Assembly: GCA_028534125.1 (NCBI GenBank)
Contig: CM052817.1
Coordinates: 40,364,001 to 40,428,000, forward strand
Origin: Lama glama
Taxonomy: Eukaryota
Reading direction: 5' to 3'
Length of the DNA stretch: 64,000 nucleotides
The notes under the pieces are model-generated. The model was not told where the DNA came from, ran no database searches, and saw only the letters and a list, made by a program, of their open reading frames with translations. Below, in pieces: positions 39,201 through 48,960 of this stretch (positions within the stretch are counted from its first letter, which is position 1; every line of letters starts with the position of its first letter). A program made the position numbers and the translations under genes.

Positions 39201-40159
39201 TTATTAGCATCTGATCCTCCCAAGAGCTGCATGAAGTATTTGGACACCTCTCGTGCCCGCCTCACCTTCCTGGTCCACCTTTTCACTCCAGCTGTTGCTG
39301 CAGCCACCTGCTGGCACAGGTGTAACCCAACAGCACCTCGCTCAGGTTTACTGCTTTTTTCTTACTTCCTGCCCTGGCTTCTTTGCCACCATCACCTGGG
39401 AAGCCTGTGGACCACACTCAACCACTGATCCAGGCAAACTTGGAAGTGTGAGGGATAGCCAACATGGCATCCCTTGTAAGGGCACGTTGGCGCCGATGGA
39501 AAAACGGTCTTTCCTTTCACTCCTGGAGAGAATGATTCTAAGGGATGCAGCGTCTCATCAAGGCCCGCGTCCGGCTCCCTGCAGCAGTGGGGTTTCCCTC
39601 CGTCCGTTTCCTTCTTCCTGGTTGCTCACACCTGTTACTCGAGCTCACGTCCCCAAATCAACTACCCACATGCAAGCCCTGGCCGCATGCTCTGCTCCAG
39701 GGAACCTTCTAACAGTACACAAAAGGAGCGTGAAAGAACAAAAGAGGCTTGTTCTGCATCCAGAAGCAGATCTGGACTCAAGTCAGAGTCTCCCACCTCC
39801 CGAATCTCATTTCCTCACGCGGTGCCGCCTCCTGGCTTCTACGTGTGCATCTTCACAGAGGCCTCCCGGGAGCTTGGTCAGCTGACAGGAGGCCAGGGAG
39901 GAAACAGCGATGCACAGGCAGCTTCGGACATTGTCATTTCACAGCCCCTTGCTTGTCCCTGCTTAGAGCTGGTCCTGCACAGCCAGAGGGTGGTGAACAG
40001 TGGTTCCACCTGCCGGAGCCCGCAACACAGTCAAATTTGTCTTTGTATCATGAGCACTCCCATTCACTGGATACATGGGTCTAGAAACCAAGCTATTTCT
40101 TTTTATTTTTATCTATTTATTTATTTTTGTTATGGGAACTGAATTTGGAAAATTTGCTA

Positions 40160-40412
40160 TTTTTAAAATTTTATTATTTTTTAATTGAAGCATAGCCGAT
40201 TTACAATGTTGTGTTAATATCTGGTGTACAGCATGGTGATTCTGCTATACACACATATATACTCCTTTTCATATTCTTTTCCATTATAGGCTATTACAAG
40301 CTATTGAATATAGCTCCCTGTGCTGGACAGTAAGACCTTGTTGTTCATCTAGTTTATGCATGGTAGTTAGTATCTGCAAACCCCAAACTCCTAATACATC
40401 CCTCTGCCCCCC
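40160..40412 (-). mobile_element. 5'-truncated L1 3' end
   Basis: ttaattgaagcatagccgatttacaatgttgtgttaatatctggtgtacagcat...ccccaaactcctaat. Confidence 0.85.
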
Positions 40413-41001
40413 AATGGCTTCTTAATGATGCCTTTATATGTGGCTGTGCCTGTTCCTACACTTATTGTTTATTTTTATGCTGATTTGGAATGTAATCTCG
40501 GATGGACAGAGAACATTTTAGGGAAGGGGTCATTTACCTTTTTAGCAAGCTAAGTTAGTCCAGAATCACGTGCCTGAAAATTATTCAAGAAATACTGGAT
40601 ATTTCTTGAAATTATTACAAAAAACCTGATTGTCAGGTTGACGGATTGATGGAAGAAATAGCTAGGAGCTATCAAACTGTGGCTTGTAGGACAAATGTGG
40701 CTCTAAGATGCACGGGTTTCACCAGCACACTACTGATTATTTTATATTGAAATTTCCCTGAAGTATGCTGCAGGTCTCACAAATTCCTACAGCTTTCTAC
40801 CTGTCCTAATTCTGCAATTTGTGTTACCTGTCTAGCTCTTGCAGGTGTATAGGTTTGTGACCCCTGCACAGGGTGACACACGACAGGGTACAAGAGTTAA
40901 TGGAGGTGACTGGCACCATTCCAGGCTTTCCCTGTAACTTGCCCACCCATCCCCGCCACCATCAACAGATGCCAGTGACAGCTTGACATCCTGCCTTCCA
41001 G

Positions 41002-41234
41002 GTACTACAAGATCACCGTGGTGCTCATGTGCTTCGTGATCCCCACGCTGGTGCCCTGGTACATCTGGGGAGAGAGTCTGTGGAATTCCTACTTCCTGGC
41101 CTCCATCCTCCGCTACACCATCTCACTCAACGTCACCTGGCTGGTCAACAGTGCCGCCCACATGTACGGAAACCGGCCCTATGACAAGCACATCAGCCCT
41201 CGGCAGAACCCGCTCGTCACCCTGGGCGCCATTG
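41002..41234 (+). CDS. SCD5: SCD5 internal coding exon (exon 4), 233 bp, phase 2 to phase 1
   Basis: Acceptor cctgccttccag at 41001, donor G|gtgagt at 41235. AA+G completes Lys, then YYKITVVLMCFVIPTLVPWYIWGESLWNSYFLASILRYTISLNVTWLVNSAAHMYGNRPYDKHISPRQNPLVTLGAI(G): transmembrane helices and the NSAAH motif. Confidence 0.97.
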
Positions 41235-41339
41235 GTGAGTTGGGGATGGCAGCCACTGGGGGGAGTGGCAGCTCAGATCTTCTTGGCTTCTCAGGGGTTT
41301 TGTGGACCCTGTGAAGAGAGGCAGTGGAATGGAGTGGAC

Positions 41340-41540
41340 TGGAATAAACTTGGGCTTTGGCGTTAGAATCCTGGCCCTTGGACAAGTCACTTACTGTCTC
41401 TGATCTACAGTTTTCTTATCTGTGAAACGGGAACTCGTATGCCTGCTTCATACAAGTATAACAAGGATTAAGTGAGATACTGTATGTAAACTGCTTAGCA
41501 CGGAGCCTGGCACAAAGTAGGTGATTAGTAGCCATTTATT
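41340..41540. mobile_element. MIR (a second copy lies at ~41695-41900)
   Basis: ttggacaagtcacttac...cagttttcttatctgtgaaacggg...gcttagcacggagcctggcacaaagtaggtg. Confidence 0.7.
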
Positions 41541-41990
41541 TTTACCATGGAAATGTCCCTAAAGGAGGAGTAGCAGTTTGTGTCTCTCTCAAACTGCCCT
41601 GGCTGCTCTAGCCTCAGCTGAATGATCATTTGGCTGACTGTCAAAAAAAAAAAGGCCTTCAAACTGAGGGGTGGGAAGAAACAGGACCTTGATGTCTCAT
41701 GGTTAAGAGCGTGGCCTCTGGAATCCACCAGGTTTGGTCAAGTCTTGGTTCCTCCACTCACTTTCTGGGCATGTTACCTGGCTCCTCCACACCACATGTC
41801 CTCATCTATAAACAGGGATAACAGTAGCATTTACCTCCGCTGGAGGTTGTTGGATGAGTTGATGCATAGTGTTTGCAGCAGTGCTTAGCAGGACACAAGC
41901 CTTCAGTGATGTTTTCATTACTTGCAGTATGGTCTTGGGTGAGTTACCTGTCCCTTCTGTGCATTTCCATCCTCATTTTAAAATGAGGAT

Positions 41991-42126
41991 GAGGGCGTGG
42001 GCACAGCTCAGTGGTAGAGCACATGCCTAGCAGGCATGAGGTCCTGGGTTCAATCCCCAGTACCTCCATTAAATAAATAAATAAACATAATTACCTCTCC
42101 CACCCCCCCCAAATTTGTTTAAAGGC
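41991..42126 (+). mobile_element. Camelid tRNA-derived SINE (Vic-1-like) inserted in a MIR
   Basis: agctcagtggtagagcacatgcctagcaggcatgaggtcctgggttcaatccccagtacctcc. TSD ttaaaatgagga at 41978-41989 and 42127-42138. Confidence 0.9.
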
Positions 42127-42994
42127 TTAAAATGAGGACAGTCACAGCAGCTAGCTCAGAGATGTGAGGATTATAGTCATTAATACCCTTTAAAGCACTT
42201 AGCACTGTGGCTGGCACACAGTAAGTGATTAATATAAAATATTAGCTGTACCTTGATAGAGGCATTTTGGGCTTCTTGGTAAGCTGAGCCTTGGACATAA
42301 AGATCAACCCAAAGAGGGAGGTTCCTGCTGTTAAGTAGAGACGGTCTCTGCATCACTCTGCAGTGAGTTTCTGCCATCACGTTTTTAGGGTCACCCAGTT
42401 AAGACCCCAGGGGTCTTGTGTTGACAAGAGCAAAATAAGGTGAAAAGAACACCGGATCAGCAGAGAGAAAAGTGCGAGATTCCTCTTGTTTTCTCCTCCT
42501 ATCACTGTTCATCTTGTAAAAGAATTGTAATGAGGGGAGTCATATCCAGTGGGGACTCTGAGAGCATACCAGAGTGGGCACAAGATGGGCTGTTACCTTC
42601 TCACATAGGGAAGGGTTGGTGGGCCGGGAATGTCTGGCCCTGACACAGGCCCTGAAGAGCTGGGTATTGGCTTTAAGTCTACCCACATCCACACTGGGCT
42701 CCCAGTCAGATTTCTCGATGTTAGTCCTTGGAAGACTCTGTTATACCCACTGTGTGGTAGATGGGGCAGAACATTCAGGACTCTTAGAACAATGCCTGTT
42801 TCTGAAAATAGGGGAAAACTCTAGTACTCTGGTCCAAGAAGGATGAGGGTGGAGACGCAGGGTAGAGAAGACTTAAATTAAAAAGAAAATCACAGACCAC
42901 AGATCAGTCCATCTGATGAACTCATGGTAGAGCAGAATCTTTCAAAACTGGTCAACAGAAAAACCATATGATGACCAGTAGCCACTTAAGAAGT

Positions 42995-43439
42995 AAAGGA
43001 GGAATGTGGCAGTTCTTCAAATGGTTAAATTGATCCAGTAACTCCACTGCCAGATTTTTACCCAAGAGAAATGAAAATGTATGTCCACACAAAAACTTGT
43101 GTATGAATGTTCCAAGCAGCATTATGCATAATAGCTGAAAAGTGGAAATAATCCAAGTGTCCATCAACTGATAAATGCATAAATACAATGTGGTCCATCC
43201 ATATAATGGGATATTATTCAGCAATTAAAATAAATGAAGTACTGATACCTGCTACAACCTTGAACACATTATACTAAGTAAAAGAAGCCGGTCACAAAGG
43301 ACTACACATTGTATGATTTTACTTATATGAAATGTTCAGAATAGGCAAATCTATAGAGATTGTGTAAGTTTCTCCAAAGAAATAGAAACAGTGTATATAT
43401 GACTATATGCAAATAAATATGTTTTATGTTACTCAGTAA

Positions 43440-43478
<39 letters not shown>

Positions 43479-44188
43479 GAAACAGGTTATCTATATATAA
43501 ATGTAGATGTATCCTGTTTGTATGTGTGTGTGTGTGTGTACAGGAAGGGAGAGAGAGAGGGACTTACTATGAGAACTTGGCTCACGCTGAGAAGCCCCAC
43601 CATCTGCTGTCTGCAGTGGGGAGACCCAGGGAAGCCAGTGCTGTAATTAAGTCTAAATCCGAAAGCCTGAGAACCAGGGGAGCTGAGGATGCAAATCCCA
43701 GTCAGAGGGCAGGAGAATATGAGATAGATGTTCTATCAGTGAGTCAGGAAAATGGCCGACTCCTCCTTCCTCCACCATTCGTTCTATTCAAGCCCTTAAC
43801 AGATTGGCTGACGCCCACTCACCTTGGGGAGGACCATCCACTTTACTGGGTCCACTGATTCAAATGCTGATCTCACTCAGAAACACCCTCACAGGCGCAC
43901 CCAGAAATAATGTTGAATCTGGGCCCTGCTTGGCCAGTCAAGTTAACACATAAAATGAACCATCACAGAGAAAGAAAGGACTGAAGGGATATGAGGGTGG
44001 CTGGGTGTCCACAGCTAAGGGTTGTGGGGTTTCTTTTGGGGAAATGAAAATGTTATAATATTCACTGTGGTGATGCATGAACAGCTCTGTGAATATACTA
44101 AAAGCCATTACATTGTATACTTTAAATGGGCGAATTGTATGGTGAATTACACGGTGAATTATATCTCAGTAAAGCTGTTTTTTAGAAA
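42995..44188 (+). mobile_element. L1MB-type 3' end split by an MLT2 LTR
   Basis: aaaatgtatgtccacacaaaaacttgt...ataggcaaatctatagaga, resuming after 43967 to ...gaattatatctcagtaaagctgtt. Confidence 0.8.
43361..43967. mobile_element. MLT2 (ERVL) solo LTR with TA/TG microsatellites
   Basis: tttctccaaagaaatagaaac...ccagtcaagttaacacataaaatgaaccatcaca. Flanks gagat/gagaa form a likely 5-bp TSD. Confidence 0.85.
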
Positions 44189-44737
44189 ATCAAATGAAAG
44201 AAGCCTTGAGACCCCTCCTGTAAAACGCCTTATCGCAGGGGGGATTAAGGGAGGAAAAGCTATTCACTGTGAAGGGTGGAATAATAAGTAGGCAGATTTT
44301 GGATATTTTAAGATCCAACTCCTTAATTCACTTACCCATCTGCATGATTATCATTTGTCTCTTCCAAGCTCTCTCAAGAAATCTTCCTTTAATTAGTCCA
44401 CAGAGGCTGTTTTCCTTTTATGAACATACATCAAAATGATGACCTGTTGTCCGTTATTTGGCATTTAGCTGAAGAAGTACAGCTCTGAAGTCATGGTAGC
44501 ATATCTCCAATTCATAGGGAGCATGTATCTTGTGACTTTGCTGGTAACTTTATTGTTGTTTTCCTGTTCATGTCGAGTTTGTCTAACCAATTAAGTGAAC
44601 ACTTCCTAAGGGCAGACACCAAGTCAGTCTTTTGCTCCCCATGGAGCCTGACCCAGTGTCTTGCAATAAATGAGTGATTTTTAAAACTCTCCGCAGAGGT
44701 GGTGATTGGTTTAATTCAAGCCCACTTTGTCTTCCAG

Positions 44738-44928
44738 GTGAAGGCTTCCATAATTATCATCACACCTTTCCCTTTGACTACTCTGCAAGTGAATTTGGCT
44801 TAAATTTCAACCCAACCACCTGGTTCATTGACTTCATGTGCTGGCTAGGACTGGCCACTGACCGCAAACGGGCCACCAAGCCGATGATTGAGGCCCGGAA
44901 AGCCAGGACTGGAGACGGCAGCGCCTGA
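44738..44928 (+). CDS. SCD5: SCD5 last coding exon (exon 5), ending at TGA
   Basis: Acceptor ctttgtcttccag at 44737. G+GT completes Gly, then EGFHNYHHTFPFDYSASEFGLNFNPTTWFIDFMCWLGLATDRKRATKPMIEARKARTGDGSA*, with His box III (HNYHH). Stop at 44926-44928. Confidence 0.97.
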
Positions 44929-46262
44929 CTGTGGGTCCTCCATCCACGTCTGCCTATTGACGGCATGTCGGTTCACGGCCTTTGTTACTACACTTCTCTT
45001 GTCCATTGGCTCGTGGGAGGGGGTCCAGCGTGGGGAGGGAGTGGAATCTACGTGATTTGGGATTTTTTTGTTTGTCTGAAAATAATGTCAAGATACAACT
45101 ATCAATGAGAAGAATTTTTTAGAAGACAGTGTAACTATGATGTAACACTAGAGCGTGGACACGTGATCTAATCGCTGTAGTGACAGTATGTCAAACCTAC
45201 ATTGTCATGTGCTTGTGTGTGATGTTAACCCTGACAGGATGAAGGAATTTAATATTCTTGCAGGAGAGCATCTGTTTTCTTTTTCTACCAATTAACTCAG
45301 CATTATTTTTAAACACACAATCTGAAGGAGCAGAGGGCAGGGTAGAACACAAAAAAGAGAGGGTCCAAGTACAAACTAAAGAATGCTTCTGTTTTATTAA
45401 CATTGTCTGTGTGTTTTTGTTGTTATTTTTAAGTAAAAGAATTGAAAACGTTAAAAAAAAAAAAAAGAGAGAATATGGGAACTGGCTCTCGTATTTTTTT
45501 GCCGTTTCCAGCTTGTTAATGCTGCACTGTCTTTGCTTCAGGAGATCTGTTCCTGGCTCAGCCGGTTTTGTGTCCTGAGCTGCATGCTCAGCTGACCCTA
45601 TAAATCAATGCCTGTCGTAGGTGTTTGATTTTGTTCTCTTCGTATTGTCATTTTAAGGTGTAGAACTCAGAAGTGCTGGACATCAAATTAAGCTCAAATT
45701 AAGCTCTCATTTAAATGTTTAGACACCTAATTTATATTCTAATTGATCCCAGCCACTGATGCATGATCTAAGTACAGCTTTACCTACTTCTGCTAAATAA
45801 GCATATTAATTTTCCACACCAGGCCAGCCAGACCCTAATAAGCGACAGTTGTCTAGAACTCGGTGTCTACTCATGTTTCACCTGCATGCGGCCTTCGTTG
45901 ATTTCTCAGCAAGATATAAAGTGATCATTATGTAGCTTCTGGATTAAAAAAATTTCTGTGTGTTAAGTTGCCTTGTAAAGAGCATGTCGAATTAATGGGA
46001 CAGTGTGCCCTTCGTGTTAGGTGTTAGAGCAAAAGAAAGCCATATAGTGTTGGCATCGGAGCACTTGGAAGATAGTGCTTCTAAGATAGAGAAGCTGTAG
46101 GATTTCAATTTCGATTTAAAATTTTTGAAAAAGGAGTGACGCCAATATGAAATTGTCATAATAAAGTTCTTCATCCAGCAGGTGTTTAACAGTGTTATTT
46201 TTGCCATTAATAATGTGTAAACTATGAGCGATTTACAATAAATGATTATAAATTCGTTCATG
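44929..46262 (+). other. SCD5: SCD5 3'UTR (~1.3 kb; 3' end approximate)
   Basis: Repeat-poor, AU-rich sequence from the stop codon to tandem AATAAA hexamers followed by GU/U-rich sequence. Confidence 0.7.
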
Positions 46263-46270
46263 TTCTTGGC
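46160..46270 (+). terminator. Tandem polyadenylation signals of SCD5
   Basis: AATAAA at 46160-46165 and 46237-46242. TGTA upstream of the second, and ttcgttcatgttcttgg downstream of it. Confidence 0.7.
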
Positions 46271-47640
46271 CAGATACTTATATATTGTTTAGAGAATGTC
46301 ACTCCAGGGTGCCTGATGCTTCGTGAGGACCACATAATTCACGTTTGGCTTGGGCTCTAACGACCCCAGAGACCAGACTTCTCCTATCCCGTTGGCCTGA
46401 GGTGTAACCAGAGGGGAAGTCAGCAAGTTTTATTTGGAATGCAGAACCCACAGCAGTGACACTTCTCACTCACCAACACTGTCACTTCCAGCTGACACAT
46501 GGAGCCCAGCTCCTCCATGTGACCTAAAACAGCATGAAGGATACCTCCGTCCCCAGAGCCCCGGCGGGCCCCACCAGCAGTGACCAGAGGTGGGGGAGAT
46601 GGACTCCACGCTCACTCCAGCCCTGCCCCTCTCAGCTCTGCCCCCCACCTCCCCGGGCTGCCTGACTCTGCCCATCCTGCTCCTGCCATCAGATGGAGAC
46701 ATCTTAGCCTCCCCGCCACCGTTGAGTGGGAGTCCAGCCACTGGGGGGTGCCAGACCAGAACTCATTTGTAAGGACACTTACCGGGCACTTTCCAGCTGC
46801 TTCGTACCCCAGTCATAGATCGCTAAGACCTTGTATGGAGTGTTGGTCCAGTGTAGGTGTGTATTTCCTGATGAGTTGGTATCAGCATGAACTAAAGTGG
46901 CCCTGCGTGGGAATGTTTTTGTGAACCTTTGACCCTTAAAACTACTAAGCTGATTTGCTTGTCCAATAATAGAAAATATTACTAGTTGGAATCTTCTCAC
47001 CAAAGGAGGCTGTTCCCCAGCTAGTCCAACTAAATCCAGAACCTCACTCCTCTGAACCTGAGCGCCATGCCTTTATCAGCAGTCCCCACAAATGAGATAA
47101 GGACTGCAATGATCTGGTGGAGCAGGTGAAGTTTACAGCACGCTAGAGTCTTCCGTATTGACATTCCCTGCAGGTCTCAGCAGCATCTAAGGGAAGAAAG
47201 TAGGGGTCTCCTGAGCTTATCGCAGGTGGCCCTGGAGAGGTTGGAGCAGTTTTCTCATCTGCAAAGAGAGAGGATGAAACCAAACTCTGTCTAAGGTCCC
47301 ACCCAGCCTTAATATTCACTGGCAGCAGCAGAGACGAGAATATCCCTGCCTTCAGATTTCAGACACTCCTCAAGTTGGTGCGTTTCTGGGACCTGGGAGA
47401 TCAAAACTGAGGGGAAATAACTGAGTCTGAATGGGAGAACACAGACTGCGGCTGAAAGGATAGAATATTCTTGATAAAAAGAAAAGCATATGCCTCATTC
47501 ATTCCCAAAATATAATGAAGCAATAAAAATAGATACAATCTATAAAAAAGAATTGAATGGGAAAAAAATACTGCAAAAAGCTCCAGCTTAGTGGAGTAGT
47601 AGAAATAGCACTGGACCCCAAGACCTGAGTTTGAATTCTC

Positions 47641-48157
47641 TTTTTTTTTCCCCAATTGAGATGAAGTTGACATATAACATTATACTAGTTTCAGGTATAC
47701 AACATACTGATTTGATATTTGTATACACTGTGAAATGATCACCACAGTAAGTCTAGTTAACAACCATCCCAAACGTAGTTACAAAATTTTTCTTCCTGCG
47801 ATGAGAACTTTCAAGATCTACCCTCTTAGCAACTTTTAAATATACGATAGCGTATTATTAACTCCAGTCACCGTGTGGTATATTACATCTCCAGGGCTTA
47901 TTTATCTTATAACTGGAAGTTTGTAGTTTTTGACTGTCCTCACGCATTTCTGCCACGCATTCCCCACCCCCACACCAGTCTGTTCTCTGTATCTATGAGT
48001 CTGTAGTTCGTGGTTTTGTTTTCCTTTCTTTTTTTTTTTTTTTTTAGAGTCTATATATAAGAGAGATCATACAGTATTTGCCTTTCTCTGCCTGACATAT
48101 TTTATTTAGCATAGTGCCCTCAAGGTCCATATCTGTTGTCACAAATAGCAAGATTTC
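47641..48157 (-). mobile_element. L1MA-type 3' end inserted in a MIR
   Basis: gtgaaatgatcaccacagtaagtctagttaac...gatgagaactttcaagatctaccctcttagcaactt. MIR-like halves lie at ~47585-47640 and ~48165-48330. Confidence 0.8.
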
Positions 48158-48467
48158 AAATTCTAACTCTTGGTCTAACTTGCTGTGTTTTTAGGCTGAA
48201 GCACATAAAAGCGCCATTTGCTAACCCACTGAGCCTCTCTGAACGTCAGTGTCCTCAACCACAAAGGAGGAACAGTAACAGTTTTGTGCATCAGAGAAAC
48301 CCGACGGCCTAGAGCACAAGGCCTGGTGCATCGTAAACCCCAGGAGACATCCCTGGGGGTGACTAGCTGCCCCAGAATTGAGACAGACACAGATGTAGTC
48401 AAATAACCACAGGCTGAAAGTGAGGAGGACCAGCCTCCAGTTCTGGTTTTGTTCCTAGCTAGCTGGA

Positions 48468-48960
48468 TGGGGATAGTAGAATGTGCCCAAATATGCTGGT
48501 TTGACATGAGATTATTTTGAGTTAAAGCCACCTGAAGAACAGCAGATGCAAAAAAGGGCGCTCTGACTTCCTTTTTCCTTCCTAAAAGCAGGAGGCACAA
48601 CTCCCATGTGAAAGATGCCTTCTCGGTACCAGGAGGAAAGAAACATTCCTACCACCAGAGACAGAGAGAAGGTGCCAAGAGAAAGCACTACAAACCAACC
48701 TTGTTAAAGCAACCCTTGTCTCCCTGGACCCTCCTGCTATGTCCTAGTTACTTTTTCACAATCACTACTCTTTGTTCAACCTCGTATAGAAGCACTTAGG
48801 CCCAACCACTCTCGGGGTCTTCATTTTCCTGGGAAGGCTCCCATGCCCATGTCCTAATCAGATCTGTATACTTTTCTCCTGGGCATACGTCTTACAAAAA
48901 CTTAACTCTCAGGCCCAGCCTGACGGTAAGAAAGTAGAGGAAAATTTGGCACCCGCTACA
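48468..48960 (+). mobile_element. MER34-like ERV1 solo LTR
   Basis: agaatgtgcccaaatatgctggtttgacatgagattattttgagttaaag...gtagaggaaaatttggcacccgctaca. Confidence 0.65.

Noticed and set aside
39253..39885. Longest ORF in the track (210 aa)
   Set aside because: Non-ATG start, intronic, Ser/Pro/Leu-rich with no motif and no clear splice or Kozak support. Consistent with chance in GC-rich DNA.
41235..41314. In-frame continuation of exon 4 into intron 4
   Set aside because: Strong gtgagt donor at 41235. The continuation has no desaturase similarity.
44674..44737. N-terminal extension MIFKTLRRGGDWFNSSPLCLP of the exon-5 ORF and an upstream CAG at 44694-44696
   Set aside because: Intronic. That CAG lies 41 nt upstream and would frameshift. 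The acceptor at 44737 gives the conserved GEGFHNYHH.
11165..44928. Assignment as SCD (SCD1) rather than SCD5
   Set aside because: The ~29.6 kb intron and residues such as FEWSRDH, PWYIWGESLWNSYF and FPFDYSASEFGLNFNPTTWFID fit SCD5 as I recall it.
45684..45705. 11-bp tandem duplication caaattaagct x2 in the 3'UTR (similar micro-duplications near 13465, 19683, 20004)
   Set aside because: Ordinary slippage duplications with no sign of function.
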